Shown piece after piece: positions 8,458 through 19,106 of a stretch of 53,387 bases of DNA. The position numbers and the translations under genes were made by a program. Where the stretch lies: positions 1 through 53,387 of the forward strand of contig CANIBV010000003.1 in NCBI GenBank assembly GCA_947466005.1, given 5' to 3'. A model generated the notes under the pieces. The model worked only from the letters and a program-made list of their open reading frames with translations. It was not told where the DNA came from and made no database searches. The stretch is from Spartobacteria bacterium (lineage in GTDB: Bacteria; Verrucomicrobiota; Verrucomicrobiia; Chthoniobacterales; UBA6821). The first letter of the stretch is position 1; every line of letters starts with the position of its first letter.

Positions 8458-9846
8458 TTAAATGTGGATGGCGTGGCCGAGCGCTGCCTCGGTCGCCTCG
8501 AACATCGATTCGCTGAGCGTGGGGTGCGCGTGGATTGTGGAAGCGATGTCGTCGTAGGTGGCCTCGAGCGTGATGGCGAGGCCCATCTCGGCGATCATCT
8601 CTGTGGCATCGGCCCCGATGATGTGCGCGCCGACGAGTTCGCCGTGCGGCTCGTTGAAGAGGAGCTTCACGAAGCCCTCGGTGTCGCCCACGGCCAGGGC
8701 TTTACCACTGGCCTGGAACGGGAACTTGCCGATCTTGAGCTTGAGGCCCTTTTCCTTCGCGGCGCGTTCGGTGAGTCCGACGCTGGCGACCTGGGGGTGG
8801 CAGTAGGTGCAGCCGGGGAAGGCGCGCTTGCGGGCGGGGGTGCGCTTGCCGAACATCCCCTCGACGGCCTGGACGGCCTCCCAACTGGCGACATGGGCAA
8901 GCCACGGCGGCCCAATAATGTCACCGGCTGCATAGACGCCCGGGATACTGGTCTCGTAGCGATCGCTGACGGCGATGTATCCGCGGTCGTCGAGTTTGAT
9001 CGGCGCAGCTCCCCCGGGAAGGAGCGGGGAAACGCCGATCGCCACGAGGGCGACATCGGCCGTGAGGGTTTCGTTGGCTCCGCCGGAGACTGTGATCTTC
9101 ACCCCGTCCTTGGTGGTCTCGGCCTTCTCTACCTTTGTGCCGGTGAGGAGGCGGATGCCCTGCTTGGAGAGGGACTTTTCCAGGGCAACCGAGACCTCGG
9201 TGTCCTCGACGGGAAGGATGTTGGGCATCATCTCGACGACGGTCACCTTGGTGCCGAAGGCGTTGAAGAAGTAGGCGAACTCAATGCCGATGGCCCCGGC
9301 TCCGATGACGATCAGTTCCTTGGGCTGCTTGGGCATAACGAGCGCGTGGCGGCTTCCGACGACGCTGGTGCCGTTGAATGCAAAGCCCGGCATCTCGCGG
9401 GTGACGACGCCGGTGGCGATGAGGATCTTGGCTGCCGAGAGGGTCTGCTCCTTGCCGTCCGCTCCCTTGACCTCGACGACACCCGCTTTCGGAACGCTGG
9501 CGTCCCCCTTGATGTAGTCGATCTTGTTTTTCTTGAGCAGGAACTCGATGCCACCCGCGAGCTTGTCTGCGACCTTGCGGGAGCGACCGATGACCTTGTC
9601 CCAGTCGTACTTGAGACCCGTGACCTCAAGTCCGAAATCGGCGGCGTGATGGCCGATGAGCGAGTAGAGCTCCGCGTTCTTGAGGAGTGCCTTGGTCGGA
9701 ATGCAGCCCCAGTTCAAGCACGTGCCGCCTGCGCGTTCTTTCTCTACGACGGCAACGCGCTTGCCGAGTTGAGAGGCGCGGATGGCGCCGACATAGCCGG
9801 CGGGGCCGCCGCCTATAACGATGAGGTCGTAGGGTGTCGTGGACAT
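8458..9846 (-). CDS. lpdA: Dihydrolipoyl dehydrogenase (E3)
   Basis: GGGPAGY, redox disulfide GGTCLNWGCIPTK, GAGAIG, HAHPTLSE; start ATG at 9846. Confidence 0.97.
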   Translation of the reverse strand: MSTTPYDLIVIGGGPAGYVGAIRASQLGKRVAVVEKERAGGTCLNWGCIPTKALLKNAELYSLIGHHAADFGLEVTGLKYDWDKVIGRSRKVADKLAGGIEFLLKKNKIDYIKGDASVPKAGVVEVKGADGKEQTLSAAKILIATGVVTREMPGFAFNGTSVVGSRHALVMPKQPKELIVIGAGAIGIEFAYFFNAFGTKVTVVEMMPNILPVEDTEVSVALEKSLSKQGIRLLTGTKVEKAETTKDGVKITVSGGANETLTADVALVAIGVSPLLPGGAAPIKLDDRGYIAVSDRYETSIPGVYAAGDIIGPPWLAHVASWEAVQAVEGMFGKRTPARKRAFPGCTYCHPQVASVGLTERAAKEKGLKLKIGKFPFQASGKALAVGDTEGFVKLLFNEPHGELVGAHIIGADATEMIAEMGLAITLEATYDDIASTIHAHPTLSESMFEATEAALGHAIHI

Positions 9847-9973
9847 AAGTGGAAAGAGATTCTTTGCAGTCCGCTCCTGCGTCAAAAAGATTCTCTCGGT
9901 AACGCCATTTTGCGGCACCCGCCCTCCTGTACTTCTCGGGAGACTTTTTGAGCCGCTGCGTTATCGTGACCTG

Positions 9974-10309
9974 ATGGAGATCACCCTTTCTTTAGTTGGA
10001 AAAATTCCTGTCTTCCAACTCCATGGTCGCTTGGATGTCGCGACCAGTCCCTTGCTGGAGGAGCGTCTGCATCTTCTCGCGGGCGAGCAGAATAACCGCG
10101 TTGTCTTCGACTGCGCGGAGCTGACCTATGTCAGCAGTGCCGGACTCCGGGTCTTTCTTTCCGCTCTCCGACAACTTGGCGCGGCGGGTGGCGGCATTGC
10201 CTTCGCCTCGCTCCGTGAGCCTGTGCAACAACTCTTTCAACTCGCGGGACTCGAGGAGTTCTTCATCATCGAGCCCACGCCGGAGCTCGCCGCTGCCCGC
10301 TTGGTATAA
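9974..10309 (+). CDS. STAS-domain anti-sigma-factor antagonist
   Basis: LHGRLD, DCAELTYVSSAGLR with the phospho-acceptor Ser, VQQLFQLAGL; start ATG at 9974. Confidence 0.88.
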   Translation: MEITLSLVGKIPVFQLHGRLDVATSPLLEERLHLLAGEQNNRVVFDCAELTYVSSAGLRVFLSALRQLGAAGGGIAFASLREPVQQLFQLAGLEEFFIIEPTPELAAARLV

Positions 10310-10372
10310 TGGAATATACTGATAAGCGTCCGCACCCATGGGGTGCCGAGCGCCGTTTTACCTTCCACTCTC

Positions 10373-12238
10373 TCAGCGCCCGCTCTCCAACTTGCGCATC
10401 CAGACGGATAGGACGGAAATATCGGCCGGGGTGATGCCGCTAATCCTCGATGCCTGGCCCAGGGTGCCGGGAGAGTAATCGCGGAGCTTCTGCCTCGCCT
10501 CAAGCCTCATACTCGGAATGGCATCGTAGTCGATGCCGCTCGGAATGGTGTTTTCCTCCTGTTGCCGCTGGCGATCGATCTGATCCTGCTCCCGCCTAAG
10601 GTAGCCCTCGTATTTCAGGTCCGTCTCAACCAACCCCCATATCTCGGCGGGGTATTGGGCGAGCAGCTCGGTCGGGAGCTTGAGGGGCGTGTTCTCCGTG
10701 CGCTTCAACCACTGGTTCAACGGGATCCCATCCTGCTGAATACGGGTTGCTTCCTCATGAAGGGCCTTGAGCGCGGCCTTTTTCCCAAGGAAGGATGCCC
10801 GCCTGTGTTCACAAGCCATTCCTATATCTAAAGCCTTGTCAGTCAATCTTATATCACAATTATCTTGTCGTAATCGCAACCTGTATTCTGCGCGGCTGGT
10901 GAACATGCGATACGGCTCAGGGGTACCCCTTGTGACTAGGTCGTCGATCATGACACCGATGTAGGCCTCCTCCCTGCCCAGTACCAAGGGATCCTTCCCT
11001 TGAACTTTCTGAGCGGCGTTGATGCCGGCCATGAGCCCCTGCGCGGCGGCCTCTTCGTACCCGGAGGTTCCGTTGATCTGCCCGGCAAAGTAGAGCCCTT
11101 CGATACGCTTAGTTTCTAGGGTGGAGTGCAGTTGGTGTGGTGGGCAGTAGTCGTATTCCACCGCGTAGCCGGGACGGAGAATCTCCGCATTCTCCAGTGC
11201 TGGGATGGAGCGGATGAAGGCGTACTGAATGTCGTAGGGAAGACTAGTTGAGACACCATTCACGTAGATCTCGCCAGTATGACGGCCTTCGGGTTCCAGA
11301 AAAATCTGGTGGCGGGTCTTGTCCGCGAACTTCACCACCTTATCCTCGATGGAGGGGCAGTACCTTGGCCCGACCCCATCGATCACGCCTGCATAGAGGG
11401 GGGATTGGTGGAGGTTCGATCGAATGATCTCGTGGGTTTGCTCGGTCGTGTAAGTGATCCAGCACGGGATTTGTTCCACATGGAACATTCCTTCCTTAAA
11501 ATGGTTCAACGTATGAAGTTCGTCCTTGTCCCTTCCGATGCTCTCTGGGATGTGGGAAAAAAGTGGCGTCGGAGTATCTCCGTCTTGACGCTCACACTTG
11601 GTGAAGTCAATGGACTTGGCCAAGAGTCGGCAGGGGGTTCCCGTCTTAAATCGACCGACCTCGAATCCAAGCTCCTTCAAATGGTCGCTCAGTGTGGAGA
11701 TGGAATCGCCCATTCTTCCTCCGGCCTGGGTTTTTAATCCCACGTGGAGCAGGCCACGCATGAAGGTCCCCGTCGTAATGATGACGCTGCGGGCCGAGAA
11801 GCTGATACCGAGATTTGTTTCCGCCCCGGTGACCCGATCCTGCTTCACCAACAGATTGGTGATGTTGGCCTGCTTCAGCGAAAGATTAGGAAGGTTTTCC
11901 AGAAGAGCCTTGAGGCGGAATTGATAAGCCTTCTTGTCGCACTGTGCCCTGGGTGCTCGGACGCTTGGCCCCTTTGAAGCATTCAACATTCGAAACTGGA
12001 TTCCTGTGGCATCCGTATTCAGCCCCATAACTCCTCCGAGCGCATCAATCTCCCTCACCATATGACCCTTGGCAAGTCCCCCTATCGCCGGGTTACAAGA
12101 CATCTGAGCAATCGTGTCAGCATTCTGCGTAAGGAGAAGCGTTTTTGCTCCAAGTTTTGCCGCTGCATGGGCGGCTTCGACTCCGGCGTGTCCTGCTCCG
12201 ATCACCAACACATCGAACTGCTCAGGATAGATAAACAT
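10373..12238 (-). CDS. mnmG: tRNA U34 modification enzyme MnmG (GidA)
   Basis: [47 protein letters not shown]. Confidence 0.98.
   Translation of the reverse strand: MFIYPEQFDVLVIGAGHAGVEAAHAAAKLGAKTLLLTQNADTIAQMSCNPAIGGLAKGHMVREIDALGGVMGLNTDATGIQFRMLNASKGPSVRAPRAQCDKKAYQFRLKALLENLPNLSLKQANITNLLVKQDRVTGAETNLGISFSARSVIITTGTFMRGLLHVGLKTQAGGRMGDSISTLSDHLKELGFEVGRFKTGTPCRLLAKSIDFTKCERQDGDTPTPLFSHIPESIGRDKDELHTLNHFKEGMFHVEQIPCWITYTTEQTHEIIRSNLHQSPLYAGVIDGVGPRYCPSIEDKVVKFADKTRHQIFLEPEGRHTGEIYVNGVSTSLPYDIQYAFIRSIPALENAEILRPGYAVEYDYCPPHQLHSTLETKRIEGLYFAGQINGTSGYEEAAAQGLMAGINAAQKVQGKDPLVLGREEAYIGVMIDDLVTRGTPEPYRMFTSRAEYRLRLRQDNCDIRLTDKALDIGMACEHRRASFLGKKAALKALHEEATRIQQDGIPLNQWLKRTENTPLKLPTELLAQYPAEIWGLVETDLKYEGYLRREQDQIDRQRQQEENTIPSGIDYDAIPSMRLEARQKLRDYSPGTLGQASRISGITPADISVLSVWMRKLESGR
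11472..11487. promoter_or_regulatory. parS site inside the mnmG CDS
   Basis: TGTTCCACATGGAACA, one change from the palindrome TGTTCCACGTGGAACA. Confidence 0.75.
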
Positions 12239-12656
12239 GAATTTTTGTGTGCCTGTGTTCCATGTGGAACATTTATATAAATATCTACCTATTAGGTAAT
12301 TATTATAAATTTATTCTTTTCTTTTCGTTCGTTGATGAATTGTGAGTGTTCTGTGAACCCTTGTGGGGAGATGGGATACTTTTGTTTCATGGAACATGTT
12401 TCCCGTCGGGGGCTACCAATGGCTCCATCCAGGTTCACACGGTTATTGGTTCTGTAGCTCTCTGTGGATAAGGGGATTAAATGGTCTTTGAACAGGTTCT
12501 TCACACTATTATTATTAAGAAGTACCTCTTTAAAAAAGAAATCTATCCATCATCCGTGTGAATATCTTCTTTGAGCCAAGTAGTGGGTTGAGATCAACAA
12601 GCTGGCACAAGAAATCTTTCAGCTGAGCCGGGAGTCGAGTTAGATTCTTAATCCTC
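12239..12656. other. Putative chromosomal replication origin (oriC)
   Basis: AT-rich gap upstream of gidA between divergent gene blocks. Perfect DnaA box TGTGGATAA at 12463-12471; 1-mismatch boxes at 12497-12505 and 12557-12565; AT-rich stretch 12272-12325; ATT triplets after the 12497 box. Confidence 0.75.
12256..12271. promoter_or_regulatory. parS site
   Basis: TGTTCCATGTGGAACA, the exact reverse complement of the site at 11472; a degenerate 14-bp copy lies at 12383-12396. Confidence 0.8.
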
Positions 12657-13646
12657 ATGGGATCAGCATCGTTGAAAAAAGAACCAAAGGGAACAAAGAC
12701 GTTGTTTCTTTGGCTCTTCCTTGGATGCCTGTTTTTTTCCCTTCTCGTGCATCTCTGTTTTTTCATCAAGTCCCAAAGCTGGAGGGTCACAGGATTTTCA
12801 GCCACCAATTACGACACGATCGTACCCAGGACTTTCAGAATGAAGAGAGTGGAGATCGATCCCAAGGTACTGGCGGAAGAGGTGACGGAGACCGTTAAGA
12901 AAAGAGTTCCCCAATCAGTGGTTCTAGAGAAGGAACAGCCGGGAGACCAAAATATCCTTACAAAGGAAGCACCAGCACCTCTCCTTACAAAGCCTGCGGA
13001 TCTACTCCCTGAGGGAAGAGAAGGGTCAACGCAGGGCGGCTATCCCTTGGAACAGTTGCAGACATTAAATTCCCCTGCAGGAGAGTTGGCTAGTAAAGAG
13101 AGCGCGATCTTAATGCCAAAAGCTCGGGATACGGATCGCTCGCTCCCAGAGCCTGAAGGAATCAGTGCGGGGAAAGATGAACCACGAGCCGGGGAAGGAA
13201 ATGAAGAAGGAGTGAAAGCGATCTCTGGGGGGAACGGGAAATTCAGTAATCTGGACCAACTCCTTTCGGGAAACACCACGGTATCAGCTCAGACGGCCCC
13301 GATACTCATGCCCACGGATCTCCTCTTTGAGTATGACTCCGACAGCCTCAAGCCCGCAGCGGCTGAATCATTGACCAAACTCGGGGCACTGATCGAAAAG
13401 AATGCCCAGGCTAACTTTCGTATTGAAGGGCACACTGATTCTTATGGAAGTGACGAGTATAACAAGAGCCTCAGCCTTAGAAGGGCCGAAGCAGTCAAGG
13501 TATGGTTGCAGCAGCGGATGGGTATAGAAGCCGGTAGAATCACCACGGCGGGACTCGGAAAGAGCAGGCTGCTGGTTCCGGCCACGGGTACGGTGCAAGA
13601 GCAACAACTCAACCGCCGTGTGGAGATAGTGATCTCAACACACTAG
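12657..13646 (+). CDS. OmpA-family peptidoglycan-binding protein with an N-terminal TM anchor
   Basis: C-terminal LLFEYDS..IEGHTDSYG..NKSLSLRRAEAV..NRRVEI; N-terminal hydrophobic helix containing SLLVH. Confidence 0.9.
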   Translation: MGSASLKKEPKGTKTLFLWLFLGCLFFSLLVHLCFFIKSQSWRVTGFSATNYDTIVPRTFRMKRVEIDPKVLAEEVTETVKKRVPQSVVLEKEQPGDQNILTKEAPAPLLTKPADLLPEGREGSTQGGYPLEQLQTLNSPAGELASKESAILMPKARDTDRSLPEPEGISAGKDEPRAGEGNEEGVKAISGGNGKFSNLDQLLSGNTTVSAQTAPILMPTDLLFEYDSDSLKPAAAESLTKLGALIEKNAQANFRIEGHTDSYGSDEYNKSLSLRRAEAVKVWLQQRMGIEAGRITTAGLGKSRLLVPATGTVQEQQLNRRVEIVISTH

Positions 13647-13659
13647 AAGGGATTATTTC

Positions 13660-16413
13660 ATGGAGTCCATCATTCCGCATGCCGAGCACCGCGCAAGGAT
13701 CCAGCGCGAGGTGGGAGAAAAATTAGCCGCGGTGATGGACAGTCAATCAGCGCTGCCCACCCAGAAGCTGCAAACATTCCTTAAAAAAGAAGAGCTCCGG
13801 CTCAAGCTCTGGCATCGGGCAGGAGGAGGAGGGAAGGAAATAGCAGGGCGCCGCACGGAACTCGTCGATATCCTTTTCAGGGAAATTTTTCGTTTCACCA
13901 CGCGAATAGAGACCGGAGAGAAAGAGATTATGGGGTTCATGGTCAGTGCGTTTGGAGGCTATGGACGCCGGGAGATGAACCCCTTCAGCGATGTCGACAT
14001 CACGTTCTTTCATCGAGGGGCTCGACCCACAGAGGACATGGAGAAGGTCATCTCAGCATGCCTGAAGGCCCTTTGGGATCTTGGGTTCAAGGTGGGTCAC
14101 GCCACGCGTTCAATCAAGGGAGCGATCGAGCAGGCCAACAAAGACATGATGGCCAAGACAGCAATGCTCGAAAGCAGATGGCTGGCCGGCGACAAGAAGC
14201 TCTTCGATGATTTCCGGGAAAAATTCGAGGCCTCCTGTGTCCTTGGGAAGGAAAAGGATTACATCTCCTTCCGGCTGGAAAACCTGAAGGACTTGCGAGG
14301 ACGGTATGGAGAGAGCGTCTTCATGCAGGAACCGAACATCAAGTCGGGCTGCGGCGGGCTGCGCGATTATCAGAATCTGGTCTGGACAGGGATGTTCCAC
14401 TCGGGTGCCTACAGTATGAAGCGGCTCGTGGAGGAGAAAGTCTTGAGGGAAAAGGAACGGCGTTCGCTGGAGGAGGCCCACGACTTCCTGCTCAGGGTGA
14501 GAACGGAGATGCACTACCAGACTGGGCTGGCCTCGGAGCAATTGACCCTCCAACTCCAGGGAAAAGTCGCCACCGCTCTCGAGTACCCACAGAAAAACAT
14601 CCTCCGCCGCTGCGAGGCCTTCATGCGCGACTATTACCGGCATACGAGGGGGATCAACCTCATCACCACGCTTGCGCTGGGAAGGATCCGCGAACAGCGG
14701 GGGATGAAAGCAAACCTGCTTACAAAGCTGCTCGGGAGGGCGAGGGAAATTGAAGAAGAACTCGTGATCAGCAAAGGGGAGCTCTTCCCCAAATCGCGAA
14801 ACATCTTCAACAGGGATCCCACGCGCATGATGAAGGTCTTCCAGATCGCGCAGAAACGTGGGCTCAACTTGTCCGCGGAACTGGAGGATCTGATCAAGCG
14901 CAGGCTCAGGCTGGTAGACAGGACGTTCCAGTACAACAAGGAGAACAGGACCATCTTTCTCTCGATCCTCTCCAAAAAAGGGGAGGTGAGCCGCATCCTG
15001 CGGCTGATGCATGACCTCGGATTTCTAGGGAAATACCTTCCGGAATTCGAGCCGCTCACCTGCCTGGTGCAACACGAGTTTTTCCACCGATACACCGCCG
15101 ATGAGCACACCCTCCGATGCATCGACAAGATCGACGCGCTGCTTTTTTCCACCGAAAACAAGTTGGAGCGTTACGCCGAGATTTTCCGCCACTTCGAGGA
15201 CCCGGCGATGCTCTATCTCGCGATGCTCCTGCACGACACTGGCAAGGCGGCTAACACGCGGCACCACGAGGAGGCCAGCGCCCTCGCTGCCCAAAAAGTG
15301 GCGCGACGGCTGCAGCTTACCCCCCAGCGGCTCAAGCTGCTGGTCTCGCTAGTCGACTTCCACGGGGAGATGAGCGGCATGGCTCGGTCCCGCAACATTG
15401 AGGATCCAGCCACGGTTGAGGAGTTCGCCGAGATCATCCGCGACCCGGCCACGCTCGATGCCCTCATGGTGATCACGCTCGCCGACGGGATGGGGACAAG
15501 CGACGAGGGGTGGAGTGATTGGAAGGAACAAATGGTTTGGCAGCTCTACTGGCAGACACACGCTTACCTCACCGATAACGCAGGCTTTCGCAAAGAAAGG
15601 GAGCGCCGCCGGATCGAGATTCACAGGAACGTGTCGGAAATGCTTCCCTCCAACTACGCGGAGGAAATCGAGGTTCACTTTCAGGGTATGCCGGAACGCT
15701 ACCTGCAGTCCAAGGACGCAAAGGAAATTTGCACCCACCTCCGACTATTCCGAAGATTCTTTGAACAGGGTGTCTATCAGGACGGCCCGAACCTCGATCC
15801 TGCGATCGAGTGGATCGACCATCCCCAGGCGGGTCATGCCGAGGTTCTTGTCTGCGGGTGGGATAGGGAGCGCCTGCTGGAGAGGATCGCCGCCGCCTTC
15901 CTCGATGCCGGAATCAATGTGCTCGGTGCGGATGTCTACACGCGCAGCGACAAACTGGCCCTCGATATCTTCAAAGTGAGCAACCACCGCAATGAGCCGC
16001 TTCCAAGGGAACGCGAGCGCAAGCGATTTGAAATCAAGCTGAGGGAACTGCTAATAGCCCCGGGAAGTCGGCTTGTCCCGGAGCCGAAACCGAGACCCAC
16101 CCCCAGCACACTTGCCGAGGATGAGGAAGAGCTGCCGGTCTGGGTCGTGGTCAACAACAACGCCCACCCCAGCTGCACCATTCTGGAAGTGCAGGCGCCA
16201 GATCGGTTGGGACTGCTCTACCATCTCCTGAGCGCGATTTCGCACGGCGGCATCGCTATTGAGGCCGCGCGCATCGCCACCGAGCAGAAGGCCGCTTTGG
16301 ATGTCTTTTATCTTCGCAACAAAGAGGGTGGGAAGATTGTGGAGCGTAATGCCCTAATGAGACTCGAGCGGCGCCTGCGTGCCGCCTCGGCACGGACGGG
16401 TGAGCCACGATGA
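13660..16413 (+). CDS. glnD: [Protein-PII] uridylyltransferase / uridylyl-removing enzyme
   Basis: GGYGRREMNPFSDVD, EPNIKSGCGGLRD, HRYTADEH, LLHDTGK, two ACT domains (DRERLL, DRLGLL). Confidence 0.95.
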   Translation: MESIIPHAEHRARIQREVGEKLAAVMDSQSALPTQKLQTFLKKEELRLKLWHRAGGGGKEIAGRRTELVDILFREIFRFTTRIETGEKEIMGFMVSAFGGYGRREMNPFSDVDITFFHRGARPTEDMEKVISACLKALWDLGFKVGHATRSIKGAIEQANKDMMAKTAMLESRWLAGDKKLFDDFREKFEASCVLGKEKDYISFRLENLKDLRGRYGESVFMQEPNIKSGCGGLRDYQNLVWTGMFHSGAYSMKRLVEEKVLREKERRSLEEAHDFLLRVRTEMHYQTGLASEQLTLQLQGKVATALEYPQKNILRRCEAFMRDYYRHTRGINLITTLALGRIREQRGMKANLLTKLLGRAREIEEELVISKGELFPKSRNIFNRDPTRMMKVFQIAQKRGLNLSAELEDLIKRRLRLVDRTFQYNKENRTIFLSILSKKGEVSRILRLMHDLGFLGKYLPEFEPLTCLVQHEFFHRYTADEHTLRCIDKIDALLFSTENKLERYAEIFRHFEDPAMLYLAMLLHDTGKAANTRHHEEASALAAQKVARRLQLTPQRLKLLVSLVDFHGEMSGMARSRNIEDPATVEEFAEIIRDPATLDALMVITLADGMGTSDEGWSDWKEQMVWQLYWQTHAYLTDNAGFRKERERRRIEIHRNVSEMLPSNYAEEIEVHFQGMPERYLQSKDAKEICTHLRLFRRFFEQGVYQDGPNLDPAIEWIDHPQAGHAEVLVCGWDRERLLERIAAAFLDAGINVLGADVYTRSDKLALDIFKVSNHRNEPLPRERERKRFEIKLRELLIAPGSRLVPEPKPRPTPSTLAEDEEELPVWVVVNNNAHPSCTILEVQAPDRLGLLYHLLSAISHGGIAIEAARIATEQKAALDVFYLRNKEGGKIVERNALMRLERRLRAASARTGEPR

Positions 16414-18989
16414 GCGTTACCGCCGGCATTGTAATCACCTGGAGGGGGTCGATTAGGCCGCTACTCAAGCAGCCGCGCTCCTCTCTACTGAGTATCTTGA
16501 GCGTCGGACTGGGAGTGGGCGTTTTCCTCTCCATCACCATTGCCAACCGGAGTGCCGTGGAAAGTTTCCACCAGGCATTTGCCATGGTCACCGGAAGGGC
16601 GGACTTGGAAATCAGGGGGCGTCTTCCCGAGATGTTGCTTCCTGCCGTCCAGGCATGTGCCGGGGTGGCCGCCGCAACCCCGTTGGTCGAGGGGATGGTC
16701 ACCCTGCCCGATTTTCCCGGGGAGTCGCTCCATGTAGTAGGGATTGATCCTTTCTCGGCCAGGGGACTTTTGGCCATGGAGCCCACCATGGGGGCGGAGG
16801 GGCAGGGAGATCTTGCGGAGTGGCTTTCTGCTCGAGACATTGTGGCGGTCACCCCCGATTTTCTCCAACGGCACGGGGTGAGGCTTGGGGATGTCGTCCG
16901 GCTCCAAGGTCCGGGAGCGCCACGGCGGCTGACGATACGATATCAGGTTAGCACCGATGATGCTGTTGCGGGAGTCGGTGGACGGGTGGCTGCGCTGGAT
17001 CTCGCCTCCGCACAAGAGTGGCTCGGACCGGAGGGAATGCTAACCGCCATCCTCATCAAGCTCCGCTCACCGGATGAAGAGGGGGTCGTCATCGAGCGCT
17101 TAAAGCAGTTATTGCCTTCCGACGCCACGATTTCCCCACCGGCCCGCCGCACGCACCAGGTCGATATTATGCTCAGCGCGTTCACGCTGAACCTGACAGC
17201 GCTGAGCCTCGTCTCCCTGATGGTGGGGATGTTCTTTGTCGGGAATACAGCAGCAGCAGCAGTCGTCAGACGCCGTGTTTCACTCGGGATCTTGCGCTCC
17301 GTGGGCACCGGTCGATCCATGATCCTCTGCATGGTGCTGGCGGAGGCAGCCCTCTGCGGATTGATAGGTTCGCTGATCGGGGTGCTGACGGCTCCGCTGC
17401 TTGCGGGCGTCTTGGCGGCACCGGTCGCACAAACCGTCACCGCGCTCTATCTACCGGTGGATACGCACGGCGGATGGCCCACGCTGGCGGAGGCGCTTGC
17501 GGGCATTGCCGCAGGCGTGGGGGCTGCACTGATCGCTGCATGGATTCCAGCAAGGCAAGCGGCGGGAGTCGACCCAACCCGCGTCCTCCACCCAGGAGCG
17601 GCGCCGGAGATTTTCCCCATACAGGCAGGGCGACTCGCCGCCTTCGGAGCAGGGATGCTACTGCTGGCGCTCTTCCTCTCCCTAACTTCACTTCACGGAG
17701 GTCCCGCACTACTGGGATTTGGTGCCGCCTTCTGTGTGCTGGCTGGGTTTTCGCTGGCGGTTCCGCTGGTGACGGTGACTGTGGCTTCAATCCTGCGGAA
17801 GGTCGTCTACACGCGTCATTTCTGCGGTGGCGCGATCGTCCGCATCGCGCTGGAACAGTCGATGAGATCCCTCCACCGCACAGTCCCCACAATTGCGGCG
17901 CTGGCGGCGGCCGTGGCCATGACGGTCGGCATCAGCGTGATGATCCATTCCTTCCGTGGAAGCGTTCTGGCATGGGCGGAACGCACGCTGCAGGCGGACC
18001 TTTTCATTGCTCCTGCGGCCAATGAACTCCTGGGCCTCGAGCACACGCTTCCGGAGAAAGCAGCGGCATGGTGGAGCAAACGCCCCGAGGTGAGGGATGT
18101 TGCGACGTTCCGCGAGGTGGAGGCGCGCTCGGTGGATGGCGATCAGGTGACGCTGGGGGTGGTTTCAGGAGCGGCCCGAGGGGAGGTCGATTTCCTCCAT
18201 GGTGAAACCAAGGCAAAAACCGAGGCGCTGGCGCGCGGAGAGGGAGTCGCCCTTTCCGAGAGCCTGGGGCGTCGGTTGCATCTCGGGTGCGGGGACAAAC
18301 TCCGCCTGGCGGGTCCGAACGGCCCGCTAACCTTGACGGTGCTCGACCTCTACCGCGACTACACTCGCGACCGCGGGATAGCGATGATTGGAGCCCCCTA
18401 TTTCCAACGCGTCTGGGGGATACAGGGAGTCCACTCGCTGGCGATCGCGTTCCGTGCAGGAACAAGCACCGCCACCATGGAGAGCGAGAGTTCCGCATTC
18501 TGCGAGGAATTCGGAGGGAAGGACGCCTTCATCTGCTACAGCAACCGCGCGCTGAAAGCCCGCATCCTGGAGATCTTCAATCAGACCTTTGCAGTGACGG
18601 CCGTGCTGCGAACCATCTCCATAGCTGTGGCAGTGGGGGGCGTGATGCTGACGCTGGGCATTCTGGTGATCGAACGCTCCCGTGACATCGGAGTACTGCG
18701 CTCGATGGGGGCCTCCACCGGGCAGATCGTCGGGGTAATGCTCGCCGAGGCTTCGCTGATCGGACTGATCGCCAGTTTGGTCGGGTTGGCGAGCGGTGCT
18801 GTGCTGGCATTGGTTCTGACATGGGTGATCAACAAAGCCTTCTTCGGTTGGAGTATCGATCTGGCCTACCCGTGGGGGGAACTGGCATTTTTACCTCTTT
18901 GGATGATTGCCGCGTCACTCGCTGCCGGGCTCCTTCCCTCCCTGAGGGCCGCCAAAATTTCACCTGCGGCCGCACTGAGAATGGAATAA
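16410..18989 (+). CDS. FtsX-like ABC transporter permease (duplicated MacB/FtsX domains)
   Basis: Two repeats of TM + periplasmic domain + RRRVSLGILRSVG / ERSRDIGVLRSMGA; C-terminal SPAAALRME. Confidence 0.88.
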   Translation: MSVTAGIVITWRGSIRPLLKQPRSSLLSILSVGLGVGVFLSITIANRSAVESFHQAFAMVTGRADLEIRGRLPEMLLPAVQACAGVAAATPLVEGMVTLPDFPGESLHVVGIDPFSARGLLAMEPTMGAEGQGDLAEWLSARDIVAVTPDFLQRHGVRLGDVVRLQGPGAPRRLTIRYQVSTDDAVAGVGGRVAALDLASAQEWLGPEGMLTAILIKLRSPDEEGVVIERLKQLLPSDATISPPARRTHQVDIMLSAFTLNLTALSLVSLMVGMFFVGNTAAAAVVRRRVSLGILRSVGTGRSMILCMVLAEAALCGLIGSLIGVLTAPLLAGVLAAPVAQTVTALYLPVDTHGGWPTLAEALAGIAAGVGAALIAAWIPARQAAGVDPTRVLHPGAAPEIFPIQAGRLAAFGAGMLLLALFLSLTSLHGGPALLGFGAAFCVLAGFSLAVPLVTVTVASILRKVVYTRHFCGGAIVRIALEQSMRSLHRTVPTIAALAAAVAMTVGISVMIHSFRGSVLAWAERTLQADLFIAPAANELLGLEHTLPEKAAAWWSKRPEVRDVATFREVEARSVDGDQVTLGVVSGAARGEVDFLHGETKAKTEALARGEGVALSESLGRRLHLGCGDKLRLAGPNGPLTLTVLDLYRDYTRDRGIAMIGAPYFQRVWGIQGVHSLAIAFRAGTSTATMESESSAFCEEFGGKDAFICYSNRALKARILEIFNQTFAVTAVLRTISIAVAVGGVMLTLGILVIERSRDIGVLRSMGASTGQIVGVMLAEASLIGLIASLVGLASGAVLALVLTWVINKAFFGWSIDLAYPWGELAFLPLWMIAASLAAGLLPSLRAAKISPAAALRME

Positions 18990-19072
18990 TAGGAATTTTG
19001 TCTCCTTGAGAGGGGAAAATCCGAAAAGCGGGGGAAAAAACACAAAAAAACGCTCTTTTTTCAAAAAAGAGG

Positions 19073-19100
19073 TTGCACGAAGAGCCCAAAGCTATAAGGT
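19073..19100 (+). promoter_or_regulatory. Sigma70-like promoter
   Basis: TTGCAC (19073-78), 16-bp spacer, TAAGGT (19095-100); preceded by A/T tracts resembling an UP element. Confidence 0.5.
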
Positions 19101-19106
19101 TTCCTT

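Noticed and set aside
8446-9951. 501-aa + strand ORF
   Set aside because: Antisense shadow of lpdA
12292-12808. Minus-strand ORFs over the origin region
   Set aside because: AT-rich non-coding DNA carrying DnaA and parS motifs; the ORFs are short and featureless
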